Virus record (IMG/VR): IMGVR_UViG_3300032265_003789
Span: 15,734 to 79,733 of that record
DNA length: 64,000 nt
From: a virus
Direction: 5' to 3' (one strand)
In this document: piece by piece, positions 28,852 to 37,511 of the stretch
Layout: each line of letters begins with the position of its first letter
Numbering within the stretch: the first letter of the stretch is position 1
Position numbers and translations under genes: made by a program
Notes under the pieces: generated by a model
Seen by the model: only the letters and a program-made list of their open reading frames with translations
Told to the model about the DNA's origin: nothing
The model's database searches: none

Positions 28852-29496
28852 ATGACCTCATTACTTAGTAAATTCAAGCCCAGTATTTATTTTTTAGAAA
28901 TCAAACCAGAGTGGATCGAATTTAGCTACAACTCTCCAGAATTCGACCTGCTCGATAAGATAGCCAGCCAAAATAAAGAAGGAACTATCGGGCTTAGCCT
29001 GCTCAAGCGCCATGGCATTCATCCCAGCGAGGATGAGGCAATTAAAGAAATTCACGAAGCTTATCTAGATTGTGCCAAGCAATATTTCAATACAATCAAG
29101 CTAATCTCTGAGAGCACAAGCTTAACCCCTAGCGAGGTCACATCTCGCACTTCACCTCAGCTTTTAGAGGAAATTGACGCGCTCTCTCTAGAGTCAGATA
29201 AAGCCAAACTTGCCCAGGCTAAAAGGGATTTAAAGCAAGAAAATGCGGCTATTGCCGAGCGACTAGCTCCCTATAATGAGCAATACAACCAAGTGCAAGC
29301 TGACTACAATACCAGCTTTGATAACTATTACGTGGCGCTCATATCCCTGTTTCTCTCTGGCAAAAGACTAGAATCCAGTGTTGCTTTTACCAGCGAGAAT
29401 GTGCGCAATCTCCACAGTGGCTTGCGCTCTGCCCTAGCAAATTTTGTGACTAACGAGATCAACGGCTGGAGCTCTAGTGAGGGGAAGCAGAACTGA
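28852..29496 (+). CDS. Tail assembly chaperone (gpG-like)
   Basis: Follows the tail tube gene; ends ..EGKQN with GGGGAAG before the stop. Confidence 0.6.
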   Translation: MTSLLSKFKPSIYFLEIKPEWIEFSYNSPEFDLLDKIASQNKEGTIGLSLLKRHGIHPSEDEAIKEIHEAYLDCAKQYFNTIKLISESTSLTPSEVTSRTSPQLLEEIDALSLESDKAKLAQAKRDLKQENAAIAERLAPYNEQYNQVQADYNTSFDNYYVALISLFLSGKRLESSVAFTSENVRNLHSGLRSALANFVTNEINGWSSSEGKQN

Positions 29497-29948
29497 GCGA
29501 CAATCTAATCGAGGCTCAGATTGAATATTACAATCTGCCTCAGCCGGATTGGGAAGAGGTTTTTTACCAGTGGATTGCCTATGGTTTGCCTCTAGATGAT
29601 TTTTACAATATGCCCAAAAACCAGATTCTCAAGATTTGGCAAGGAGTAAAGAAAGTCAAAGCTGAGGAGATAAACGCTCAATCCCTAAGCGCGGCAAATT
29701 TGGCTTATATGGCGTACGAGTATATCAGGGATCACGAGAAATCTGCAGGCAAAGACCTACAAGATTTTCTACCTTTTGACCTGCGCTCAATAGAGCAGGC
29801 TGAATTAATAGATCCCAAGACGGCGCAAATAATCATCAAAGCTAGAGATAGCGGACTATTGCCACCAAGAATTTTTAAAGAGATTACTGGAGTAACAGAG
29901 CTACATGCGCAAATCGTTAAATTGGGAACCAAGTCAGAGCCTGATTGA
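29481..29948 (+). CDS. -1 frameshift extension of the tail chaperone (gpGT-like)
   Basis: The -1 frame opens exactly at 29481 (after TGA at 29478) and stays open to 29948. Confidence 0.6.
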   Translation, partial: GEAELSDNLIEAQIEYYNLPQPDWEEVFYQWIAYGLPLDDFYNMPKNQILKIWQGVKKVKAEEINAQSLSAANLAYMAYEYIRDHEKSAGKDLQDFLPFDLRSIEQAELIDPKTAQIIIKARDSGLLPPRIFKEITGVTELHAQIVKLGTKSEPD

Positions 29949-30189
29949 AGTTGATATCCACCAGGCTGCTAGAAGGCTAAACAAGATAATTTCAGACTGC
30001 ATAGAGAACAACTGGGATTCCACCAAGCAAATTTATATAGACCGCCACAATATAATCAGATGGCTTTCAATCCCTGGCGAAGATTGTATCTGCCTAGGCT
30101 CAATCAAGGAGCTGCACAATAAAGCTCCCAAAGAGGATCCCTTTTGGTACTATGCCAATTTAATCAAATCAAAGAAGCGATTGAGCTAG
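29905..30189 (+). CDS. Hypothetical protein
   Basis: ORF track. Confidence 0.45.
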   Translation: MRKSLNWEPSQSLIEVDIHQAARRLNKIISDCIENNWDSTKQIYIDRHNIIRWLSIPGEDCICLGSIKELHNKAPKEDPFWYYANLIKSKKRLS

Positions 30190-30486
30190 TAGTTCTCTAG
30201 CTTTATTGAGAAATATTTGAGCAATTATTGCTTGATTTTTGCCAGTGATTTCGGCATTTACAACTATGCCTAGCAATAGATCAACTAGCTTATCTTGACC
30301 CTTGAGCTGTGGAGAATATGGGGTCAGATTATCGTCAATTCTATGATCTTCAAATTGCCCAATTAACTGGTTGAACTGGGCAATATAACTAGCGTCAAAC
30401 CTGTAATATTTGTCAATATAAACGCAATCAGCAATCCAACTGGAGAGAGCCGATTTTATTGTCGCCAGTGTTGTTAATGTCTGCAT
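30169..30486 (-). CDS. Small hypothetical protein, WxxDC family
   Basis: SALSSWIADC motif shared with neighbours. Confidence 0.6.
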   Translation of the reverse strand: MQTLTTLATIKSALSSWIADCVYIDKYYRFDASYIAQFNQLIGQFEDHRIDDNLTPYSPQLKGQDKLVDLLLGIVVNAEITGKNQAIIAQIFLNKARELLAQSLL

Positions 30487-30832
30487 GTATTGATTTTACA
30501 ATACTGGAGATTTTGTCGTAATATTCTGCTTCAATGTAGTATTTGGAGGGATTAAAACTATTTGGATCGCACGAGCTAGCATCATATAAAGCCTGCTCAA
30601 GCAGGATCAATAATTGGTCTGTCAAACTGCCTGACCAAAGCTCAACTTCTTTCCAGCGATCCAGTTCTTCAGTTAGATCAAACAAATAAACTGCGTGAAA
30701 AACATAGATTTTACTGACAATGAATTCGTCATCCTCCTCGTTTTCAAAGTACTCTATGTCTTGAAAATCTTCTTGGCAATTCTTAAGCCAATCTTGGACA
30801 AGGTCTAATAATTGTTTTAGTGATTCTGTCAT
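30428..30832 (-). CDS. Acidic small protein, WxxDC family
   Basis: LLDLVQDWLKNCQ; strongly D/E-rich. Confidence 0.6.
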   Translation of the reverse strand: MTESLKQLLDLVQDWLKNCQEDFQDIEYFENEEDDEFIVSKIYVFHAVYLFDLTEELDRWKEVELWSGSLTDQLLILLEQALYDASSCDPNSFNPSKYYIEAEYYDKISSIVKSIHADINNTGDNKIGSLQLDC

Positions 30833-31140
30833 ATCCTTTTTTGTATTGGTTTCGTAAATTTGACAATGTCTTGGTAAATTTTGGGCTCTGTACAAACATG
30901 CAAAGGACTAGAATCTTCATACCAAGAAACGTCCAGCATTTGCTCTAAAGCTTTTAACAAAAAAAACAAATGCCATTTGATATGATAGTCATCCCACAGT
31001 TTTAATTGATCGAATATTTGATCAGAATACTCCACTGGATAGATATAGTAGGGCAATTCTTGTTCATTTTGAGGCTCTATAAGTTGACAATCTGCTAACC
31101 AGTTGTCGACTAGGGCTAATAATTCTTCTTCTGACGGCAT
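30829..31140 (-). CDS. Acidic small protein, WxxDC family
   Basis: LLALVDNWLADCQ. Confidence 0.6.
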   Translation of the reverse strand: MPSEEELLALVDNWLADCQLIEPQNEQELPYYIYPVEYSDQIFDQLKLWDDYHIKWHLFFLLKALEQMLDVSWYEDSSPLHVCTEPKIYQDIVKFTKPIQKRI

Positions 31141-31187
31141 AATTGTTTCTTATGTAGATAGCTGGGTGATTAGCCCAGTTTGTAAGG

Positions 31188-31595
31188 TTAATCAAAAGAC
31201 CACAATGCAGTGGAGTCACCAAGTTGCTTAGGCCACCTATACCTTTCCTCAAGACTTAAAAGTTTTCCATCAACTAAAACCTTGGCTTTAAGTGCAGACA
31301 ATACCATTTCATGGTATTGCACAGGAATAATACAAATCGAATCAGGATTGTACGCATCAAGTGCATTTTTAGCGTAGACAAATTTATCTACTAACCACAA
31401 AGCCTCTATTAATTCCTCATAATGCGGCAAATCATCATCAGAAAGCCCACAATGTTCCAAGAGAATTTGTTGAAATTTTTTCAACCAACTATAGGTAAAT
31501 TTGCAAAAATCTCCTTCTATTTTGCGACTATTAGCCCATATAGAAGCTTCTAAAATCACTAAATTTTGCTTTGGTGATATGACATTTGATAACAT
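31188..31595 (-). CDS. Hypothetical protein
   Basis: AGGAG RBS; ORF track. Confidence 0.55.
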   Translation of the reverse strand: MLSNVISPKQNLVILEASIWANSRKIEGDFCKFTYSWLKKFQQILLEHCGLSDDDLPHYEELIEALWLVDKFVYAKNALDAYNPDSICIIPVQYHEMVLSALKAKVLVDGKLLSLEERYRWPKQLGDSTALWSFD

Positions 31596-31654
31596 AAGCG
31601 ATTCTCCTAAGATTGATAATTTTAGCTGGGTGATTAGCCCAGCTAATAAGGTTA

Positions 31655-32596
31655 TTAGAACGGCATCAAATCGGCATTTTTAGCATCAACAGTTTCTATT
31701 TCATCATCAACTGTATCAATAATAGCTTGAGCCTTTTTGCCACCGGGCAAGGCAAATTCCAAGTTGTCTTGGTGTAAATCCCTGAGTTGCTGTCCAAACT
31801 TTGTAGAAGCGCTAACCAACATAGACTCAATGCTCACCCCAAAATGCTTGACAGTTTTACCCTTGCTGTCAACCTCTTGAAATTTGCCCAGAGCAACGCT
31901 AGGAGTAGATAGTGTCTCAACAACAATCTGAGGACTGTTGGCGCCGGGCTTTTCCAAACCCAGTTTTAGGTCAATTACAATGCGAGCTCTGCCAGCCGGT
32001 GAGATTATAGAAGGCGGTTTTTTGATGCTCGCAAAATAGGACTTTTCAAAATTGACATAAGTATCTACAATAGCTTGTCCAATTGCGTATCCTCCAGCGC
32101 CCTTTAATTTGAGTTGTAATGGTTTGCTGTGAAGAGTCTGATTTTTTTCATCAACAAACATCAAAAGGTAGCGCGTGATTGACCGCCAGCTTTTTTGATC
32201 ATCGGAGCTGAGACCTTTAATTAATTCGTGGTAATTGGTTGATGCTGAATTGGCAGAATCTCCAAAATACAGCCCTTCGTATCGCCAATTTTCATAAGAA
32301 TTTTTTTTGTATGCTTCGGGACGTGAACGCTGAATTACAACAAACCTTGGCGATTTGGTTAGATACCCATGTGTTGGTTCATCGTCAACAAATTCTATAT
32401 CAATATCATCCCAATTGTTATCAGGCTCAAATCCCACCTCAGTGGCTTGCTCTTGCGCTAGGAAAAACCCCCAAGGTTTGTTGTCTTTTGCAATGTTTTT
32501 TAGTGAATCGTTTTTGACGTTCACTACCTGAACCCAAGGTCTTACCAATGGTTGCGCGATCTCGTTTTCGAATTCGTTGCTAAATGTGTTGCTCAT
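31655..32596 (-). CDS. DUF5895-like cyanobacterial protein (putative ssDNA-binding)
   Basis: PWVQVVN..GFFL..GFEP..W, TRYLLMFVDEKNQTLH.PLQLKLKG; acidic tail ending MPF as in SSBs. Confidence 0.6.
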   Translation of the reverse strand: MSNTFSNEFENEIAQPLVRPWVQVVNVKNDSLKNIAKDNKPWGFFLAQEQATEVGFEPDNNWDDIDIEFVDDEPTHGYLTKSPRFVVIQRSRPEAYKKNSYENWRYEGLYFGDSANSASTNYHELIKGLSSDDQKSWRSITRYLLMFVDEKNQTLHSKPLQLKLKGAGGYAIGQAIVDTYVNFEKSYFASIKKPPSIISPAGRARIVIDLKLGLEKPGANSPQIVVETLSTPSVALGKFQEVDSKGKTVKHFGVSIESMLVSASTKFGQQLRDLHQDNLEFALPGGKKAQAIIDTVDDEIETVDAKNADLMPF

Positions 32597-32746
32597 GATT
32601 GTTACTCGTAATGTTAGTTTTACTCTGTTGAGTAATTTTGATTCTAAAGGGTTGCTATCTTCCTTGTCAATAGGTATATCGATCACTTGGCTAATCGCTG
32701 GCTTATTGTACAATCAAGGTAAATCAATCAACACAAATAATGTCTT

Positions 32747-33862
32747 ATGGAATTTATAACCACTAAAGCACTACTGTATCAGGCATTGAGCAAAGCTGCT
32801 GCCTTTGTTCCAGCCAATGCCAATCACCCAATTCTCAAAACAGTCCTAGTTGAAGCGAAGGACAAACAAGTCAGCTTTACAGGGTTTGACCTGCAATCGG
32901 GATGCGTGGCACAATCTCAAGCCACTGTGGTTAAACCGGGCTCTGTAGCGATAAATAAGCAAATATTGAGCGATTTGATTAGCAGGCTATCTGGGGATAT
33001 CAAATTCCATGTGGATGAGAATTTTCTAACGACAATCACAGCTTCTACCGGCAGCTATCAAATTGCTTCCGGCAATTACAAAGATTATATAAGCCTGCCT
33101 GTTATCACGCCAGAAATCAAATTTGATATAGATCCCAAGTTGCTCAAGCAATTTATAAAATTTACTGGTTCTTTCTATACTAATGAGTCAAGTAAGCAGA
33201 TTCTCACTGGTGTTGATTTTAAATATTTACCTGAGCAGCAAAGCCTTGTAGCAGCCGCTACTGATAGTCACAAGTTGGCGGTGCAAGCAAGCAGTTGTGA
33301 TTCTGGGGAAAAAGCTTTTGAGGTAGTGATACCAGGAGCTAGCTTGCAAAAAATCAACCGATTACTAGAAGGTTCGGTGGTTTCTCTGGAGATAGATTCG
33401 GCATGGCTGCGCCTAACCCTATCTTCTGGAGATATTGTGATTACTAGAAAACTTGAGGGAACATATCCTAAATATGAGTCCCTAGTGCCTAAAAAATTTG
33501 AATTAGAATTTACAATCAATCGCAAGGAGCTATTGAGCTCACTAGAGCGCGTGGCATTATTTTCTAATAAAGATATAGTTCAATTTAGTATTAGCCACAA
33601 GGAATTAGAGCTCAGCGCAAAAAATGAAGTTAACTCCAGTCAAGAATTGATGTCAATTGAACCAGCTAGGGGTAATGGGCTTACTTCTTTGATTATTGCC
33701 TTCAATATTAAATATTTGATTGAGGCTATCCAATCTGTCAGCTCTGATTCAATACGGATTAAGTTGAATCAGCCTACCAATCCAGTGATTATCACTCCAG
33801 AGCAAGAGGAAGAAAATACCAATTCCTTAATCCTAATCATGCCAGTACAAATTGTAAAATAA
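32747..33862 (+). CDS. dnaN: DNA polymerase III beta sliding clamp
   Basis: HPILKTVL, GFDL, ILTGV, AATDSHKLA, EGTYPKYE, FNIKYL, LIMPVQ. Confidence 0.92.
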   Translation: MEFITTKALLYQALSKAAAFVPANANHPILKTVLVEAKDKQVSFTGFDLQSGCVAQSQATVVKPGSVAINKQILSDLISRLSGDIKFHVDENFLTTITASTGSYQIASGNYKDYISLPVITPEIKFDIDPKLLKQFIKFTGSFYTNESSKQILTGVDFKYLPEQQSLVAAATDSHKLAVQASSCDSGEKAFEVVIPGASLQKINRLLEGSVVSLEIDSAWLRLTLSSGDIVITRKLEGTYPKYESLVPKKFELEFTINRKELLSSLERVALFSNKDIVQFSISHKELELSAKNEVNSSQELMSIEPARGNGLTSLIIAFNIKYLIEAIQSVSSDSIRIKLNQPTNPVIITPEQEEENTNSLILIMPVQIVK

Positions 33863-34542
33863 TGAGCAGATTACCTAAACCAGTAAAACGCAAGATTACC
33901 CCACCAGAGGATCATTTCTATCAGGCAATTGGCTTGATTCAAGGAGCAATTTCCTACAAAATAGAACAAAAAGACGGCAAGGATGTCTGTTTGTTTTACC
34001 TGCTTCTTGATAAAAAATACAAATTGTTTCTTAAGAACAATTGCCAGTATATGCAATCAAAGCTGTTGGATTTCATGGCAAGCCAGCAAGATCCATACTA
34101 TCTAAAGCAAACCCTACCAGTATGGCTCAAGGTCTATCCCCAATATCATCCAGTGCGCAAGGAATATTATTTTAGATTGCTTTACTGGTATCCTACTCAG
34201 CCTCAAGAGCCAGATGGGTTTTTGCTTAAAGGAGTCTGGCAAAATGTGCCGATCCTCAAAGGAAATTATTTTACAATTTACCGCAACGCTCAAGCTGAAG
34301 TTAAGCAGTTTTTTAAAAATAGTTACCTGCCAATTAGCTGGGATGAGCCAGCGTTTAGACCTAGCAAAAAGACCAAAATTAAAGCTAGCTTTACAGTAAT
34401 CAAAGCTGATTTTGAGGATGGACAGTTGGTTCACAAAGCAACGGTTTCAACTCATGAGCAGTTGCCAGCAAGGAAAGTAAAAGCCAAGCGGCAAGCGGTC
34501 TCTAATAGTATGTCAAGCAAACCTAAGCTAGTTAGTGTATAA
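33862..34542 (+). CDS. Hypothetical protein
   Basis: YQAIGLIQG..WLKVYP..FLLKGVWQ; coupled to dnaN. Confidence 0.6.
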   Translation: MSRLPKPVKRKITPPEDHFYQAIGLIQGAISYKIEQKDGKDVCLFYLLLDKKYKLFLKNNCQYMQSKLLDFMASQQDPYYLKQTLPVWLKVYPQYHPVRKEYYFRLLYWYPTQPQEPDGFLLKGVWQNVPILKGNYFTIYRNAQAEVKQFFKNSYLPISWDEPAFRPSKKTKIKASFTVIKADFEDGQLVHKATVSTHEQLPARKVKAKRQAVSNSMSSKPKLVSV

Positions 34543-34724
34543 TTAATTTGGTGTTTGATTGGTATAATCGAGCGATCTCCTATTATTTCAAGAACCCTCC
34601 AAAAACTACAAATTGGGGGGTTTTGTTTTTGCGATAAAATAAAACTTGGTATATACCTCCTGGGGTATATCATCTTTTAAATAATGTTTTGAACCCTTTT
34701 GCCCAAGAGGGTTTTGTTTTAAAT

Positions 34725-35258
34725 ATGCTGCAAGTAATGGTTCTGGGCATTGGCACATCTGGCATTAATTTAAATTCTCAATCTTTAGCCTGCGCTCAGG
34801 TAGATTTTGCTGGCGAGGATAAGGTATTTGAGGTAAAGAAATTTAAACGGTTGGCTAATCTCACTGAGCTAAATAAAGTTTTTATTGAGCCTATAGATAT
34901 TGGTCTGTATCGTAAAATTAATATAGTATTTAAAAGCAAAAAAATAGCCAGCTTTTTTAAAGCAAATTACCGGCAAGGTTTACCAGCAAATTGCCAAATT
35001 TTAAATCTAGAAGACAACAAAAATTACACTTTTGATCCTGCGGCTGCCTATGCTGTCTTAATTGAATCGCTATCTTGCCAGTACCTCAAACTAGACAAGC
35101 TATCCAAGACCGACAAGGAAATTTTAGAACGAGCCATAGTCAACCAGTCTGACGCAATCACGCAATCTTTGATAGTTGCCACTGCTAGACCTCCACGAAT
35201 ATATGATTCGGCTGTAGAAAAACCTGTAAATACTCCTAAAATCAATGAGTATATCTAG
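34725..35258 (+). CDS. Hypothetical protein
   Basis: ORF track; probable ATG at 34725. Confidence 0.5.
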   Translation: MLQVMVLGIGTSGINLNSQSLACAQVDFAGEDKVFEVKKFKRLANLTELNKVFIEPIDIGLYRKINIVFKSKKIASFFKANYRQGLPANCQILNLEDNKNYTFDPAAAYAVLIESLSCQYLKLDKLSKTDKEILERAIVNQSDAITQSLIVATARPPRIYDSAVEKPVNTPKINEYI

Positions 35259-35511
35259 AGCGCAATGGCTGGCAACAGAGACGATTGAAGCGATAGCTCA
35301 AGATCTGCGCATTTGTATCAATCCTGATTTGTTTGAGCCTGTTGAGCCTCCAGAAGGGGCTATCTACAGAGACAAAATCTATCAAAAATTCAACAGCCAA
35401 AAACAGCTAAATATTTTTAGGCAGGTCTACCCCAAAGACGCATTGCAGATGGCAGCCAAGCTTTTAACAGATGATGAGAAAATCAAACTTAAGGAGCTAC
35501 TGACAACGTGA
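35245..35511 (+). CDS. Hypothetical protein
   Basis: ORF track; coupled to neighbours. Confidence 0.55.
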   Translation: MSISRAQWLATETIEAIAQDLRICINPDLFEPVEPPEGAIYRDKIYQKFNSQKQLNIFRQVYPKDALQMAAKLLTDDEKIKLKELLTT

Positions 35512-35858
35512 TTAACTGGGAATTTGCAGAGAGCGTAATAGAGCAAAATTTTCAAGCTGTGGTGGAATTGTTCGAGCAAGAGCAATTATCACAAATTGAC
35601 CAGCAGAAGTGGGGATGGCCCAACGATACCCACAGGCGCAACAGCTCTATAGTAGGTTCACCCAGGGATATAGTCGATACTGGAGAGCTGCGCGATAGCC
35701 TGAGCATCAATAGGGTATCTCCTACCGAGGTAGTCTATAGCTATCAGTGCGATCATGCGATCATAGTGCATGAGGGCGCGACACTGGCAAGCGGTACGGT
35801 AATTCCAGCGAGACCTTGGGTTGATGCTGCCGCTGCTGAGTTGCACAAAGTGCTTTAA
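35508..35858 (+). CDS. HK97 gp10-like neck/tail completion protein
   Basis: VDTGELRDS..VHEG..PARPW. Confidence 0.75.
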   Translation: MINWEFAESVIEQNFQAVVELFEQEQLSQIDQQKWGWPNDTHRRNSSIVGSPRDIVDTGELRDSLSINRVSPTEVVYSYQCDHAIIVHEGATLASGTVIPARPWVDAAAAELHKVL

Positions 35859-35957
35859 TGACTTGTCGGTAAATCGCAAAAGGTATTGGTGCGCAACTAT
35901 TAGCAGCACATATACTATTGCCCATAAAAAATCCAGTGGGTAGGAATGCTTATGGGC

Positions 35958-35981
35958 AAAAAAAATCCCCCTTTCGGGGGA
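35958..35981 (-). terminator. Intrinsic terminator
   Basis: Minus strand TCCCCC-GAAA-GGGGGA plus T run, same as 2969-2993. Confidence 0.85.
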
Positions 35982-35988
35982 GGGGTTA

Positions 35989-36123
35989 CTAAACTCCTCG
36001 AGCTGCGCGGATAGCCGCGCTACGAGCCAAAACAACATCAACATCATTGGGCTCATCGTTGTCAACGGTCATGACAATAGGAGCAACAACGGACTTAACA
36101 ACGGACTTGGTGGACTGGGACAT
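35989..36123 (-). CDS. 44-aa early micro-protein (MSQSTKSVVKSVVAPIV...AARGV), not in ORF track
   Basis: TAAGGAGG RBS, own promoter and terminator. Confidence 0.7.
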   Translation of the reverse strand: MSQSTKSVVKSVVAPIVMTVDNDEPNDVDVVLARSAAIRAARGV

Positions 36124-36130
36124 AACGAAC

Positions 36131-36360
36131 CTCCTTATCGGGCTAATATATATATTATCGGATATATCCCTTAAGAGATCAATAGGTATTTATACCTAAT
36201 TTTGGGTATTTTTTTATAAACTTTCTTATATATTTCTAGATATTTTGAGATTTTACTTATATGTGTCGGTAATCGTATTGATAAACGTACGGATACCCGA
36301 AAAATATATAAGATATTTTGTTGATTTTGCCAGAAATTATCAGGAATTTGTATATATACT
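36131..36360 (-). repeat. Inverted copy of the 2560-2790 element including promoter/operator
   Basis: Minus strand AAATTAGGTATAAATACCTA-TTGATC-N17-GATAAT-ATATATATTAGCCCGATAAGGAG. Confidence 0.85.
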
Positions 36361-36570
36361 GTACGGGTATTTGTACGGGTTATCGTACCGGTAATCGTAC
36401 CGACAAGGGAATATATAAGATATTCTGTCGATAGCAGCCGGATTTATCAGGTTTCCGTATGGATATTGTATTGATAATCGTATCGAGTGTCGTACCGGGT
36501 ATCGTATTGAAATAGGATATATAAGATATTCTGTCGCCAGCAGCCGAATTCATCAGGTTTTTGTATATTT
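36300..36570. repeat. Three ~50-bp motifs at 107-108-bp period with ATCGTAC/ATCGTAT-rich linkers
   Basis: ATATATAAGATATT(C/T)TGT(C/T)G...ATCAGG...GTAT near 36304, 36411 and 36518. Confidence 0.75.
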
Positions 36571-36728
36571 CGCTTTATAGGCAAATATACTTAGTGTATT
36601 GATATCTGTACAATCTACTGTATGGATAATTGATCTGTAGTGCGCTTGTGTATAAGCACAAAAGAACCCACCGTTTGCAGGTACCTATTGCGGCATAGCT
36701 GGGTGAGTTGTGTTGTGTATAGTATAGC

Positions 36729-37439
36729 TTAGTTCAGTTGAGCAAAAACACTGTGTATTGCATTTTCTAGTTCGTGACTGTCCTCGTAGCAGTTGATCGG
36801 TCGCATTTGCCCGTTGCAATATCTTTCCTCTCTGGTATATGGAAGTCCAGTGTCTTTTACTAATTTGCCAATCCGAACTCTTTGACTGTGATCCAATTTG
36901 TAGCCTAGCTCTTCTGCTTTTTGCACTACTCCTACTAATCTAGGTGCGGTGGCTATTTGCCCAAGGATTTTAGTAGTAATCATTTCATCCCCAAGGCGAT
37001 CTAGGAAAGCCTGCTTGAGGGCTGCTGGCATGGCAGTAGTGGTTATTACAGCCAGCGATTTGGCATAATCCACTACGTCTCTTACCGGTGGCAGCTGCCT
37101 AGCGGGTTGACGCTCAACTTGATAGCCTCCAGTTTGACGGATTGAGGGGAGCACTACTGCGGTAATCCATTTCTTAAAGACTTTGGCTTCGGGTTTGCGA
37201 GATTTAAGGACAAGGCTGTACATGCCGGATTCGGAAATTATAGATATTTCTTGTGAGCCGCCAAGGGTGTCGGCATTAACGACCCCCTTTTCATCCTCAT
37301 CTAATTTGTTGATTGCATCTCTAGGATTAGCTATTTCTAAAGCATTGCATACATCCTTGGCAACAAACCAAGGTTGTCCTTCAATAGACACTGTGCGAAC
37401 TTGATTGGAGTTAAAATCAAAAGCTGTAAGATTGCTCAT
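36729..37439 (-). CDS. BRO-N domain antirepressor-like protein
   Basis: FDFNSNQVR..PWFVAKDVC..ISESGMYSLVLKSRKPEAKVFKKWI..VLPSIRQTG. Confidence 0.92.
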   Translation of the reverse strand: MSNLTAFDFNSNQVRTVSIEGQPWFVAKDVCNALEIANPRDAINKLDEDEKGVVNADTLGGSQEISIISESGMYSLVLKSRKPEAKVFKKWITAVVLPSIRQTGGYQVERQPARQLPPVRDVVDYAKSLAVITTTAMPAALKQAFLDRLGDEMITTKILGQIATAPRLVGVVQKAEELGYKLDHSQRVRIGKLVKDTGLPYTREERYCNGQMRPINCYEDSHELENAIHSVFAQLN

Positions 37440-37511
37440 ATATGGTTGTCGATATGATTGATAACCTCAATAATATCAAGACCTAAAAACCCCAATTTTT
37501 ACCAGAAATTA
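37414..37511 (+). repeat. 98-bp direct repeat, copy 1
   Basis: 97/98 identical to 38887-38984. Confidence 0.92.

Noticed and set aside
35658-36065. 135-aa minus-strand ORF from the track
   Set aside because: Runs through a terminator and antisense to the neck gene; the 44-aa ORF at 35989-36123 has the RBS and promoter.
36300-36570. 107-bp-period repeats as a CRISPR array for the Csf locus
   Set aside because: Units are ~50 bp and degenerate, and the linkers resemble each other instead of being unique spacers; no typical repeat end or hairpin.
36660-36728. Possible small RNA downstream of the bro gene
   Set aside because: A hairpin with a U tract on the minus strand is adequately explained as the bro terminator; no family recognised.
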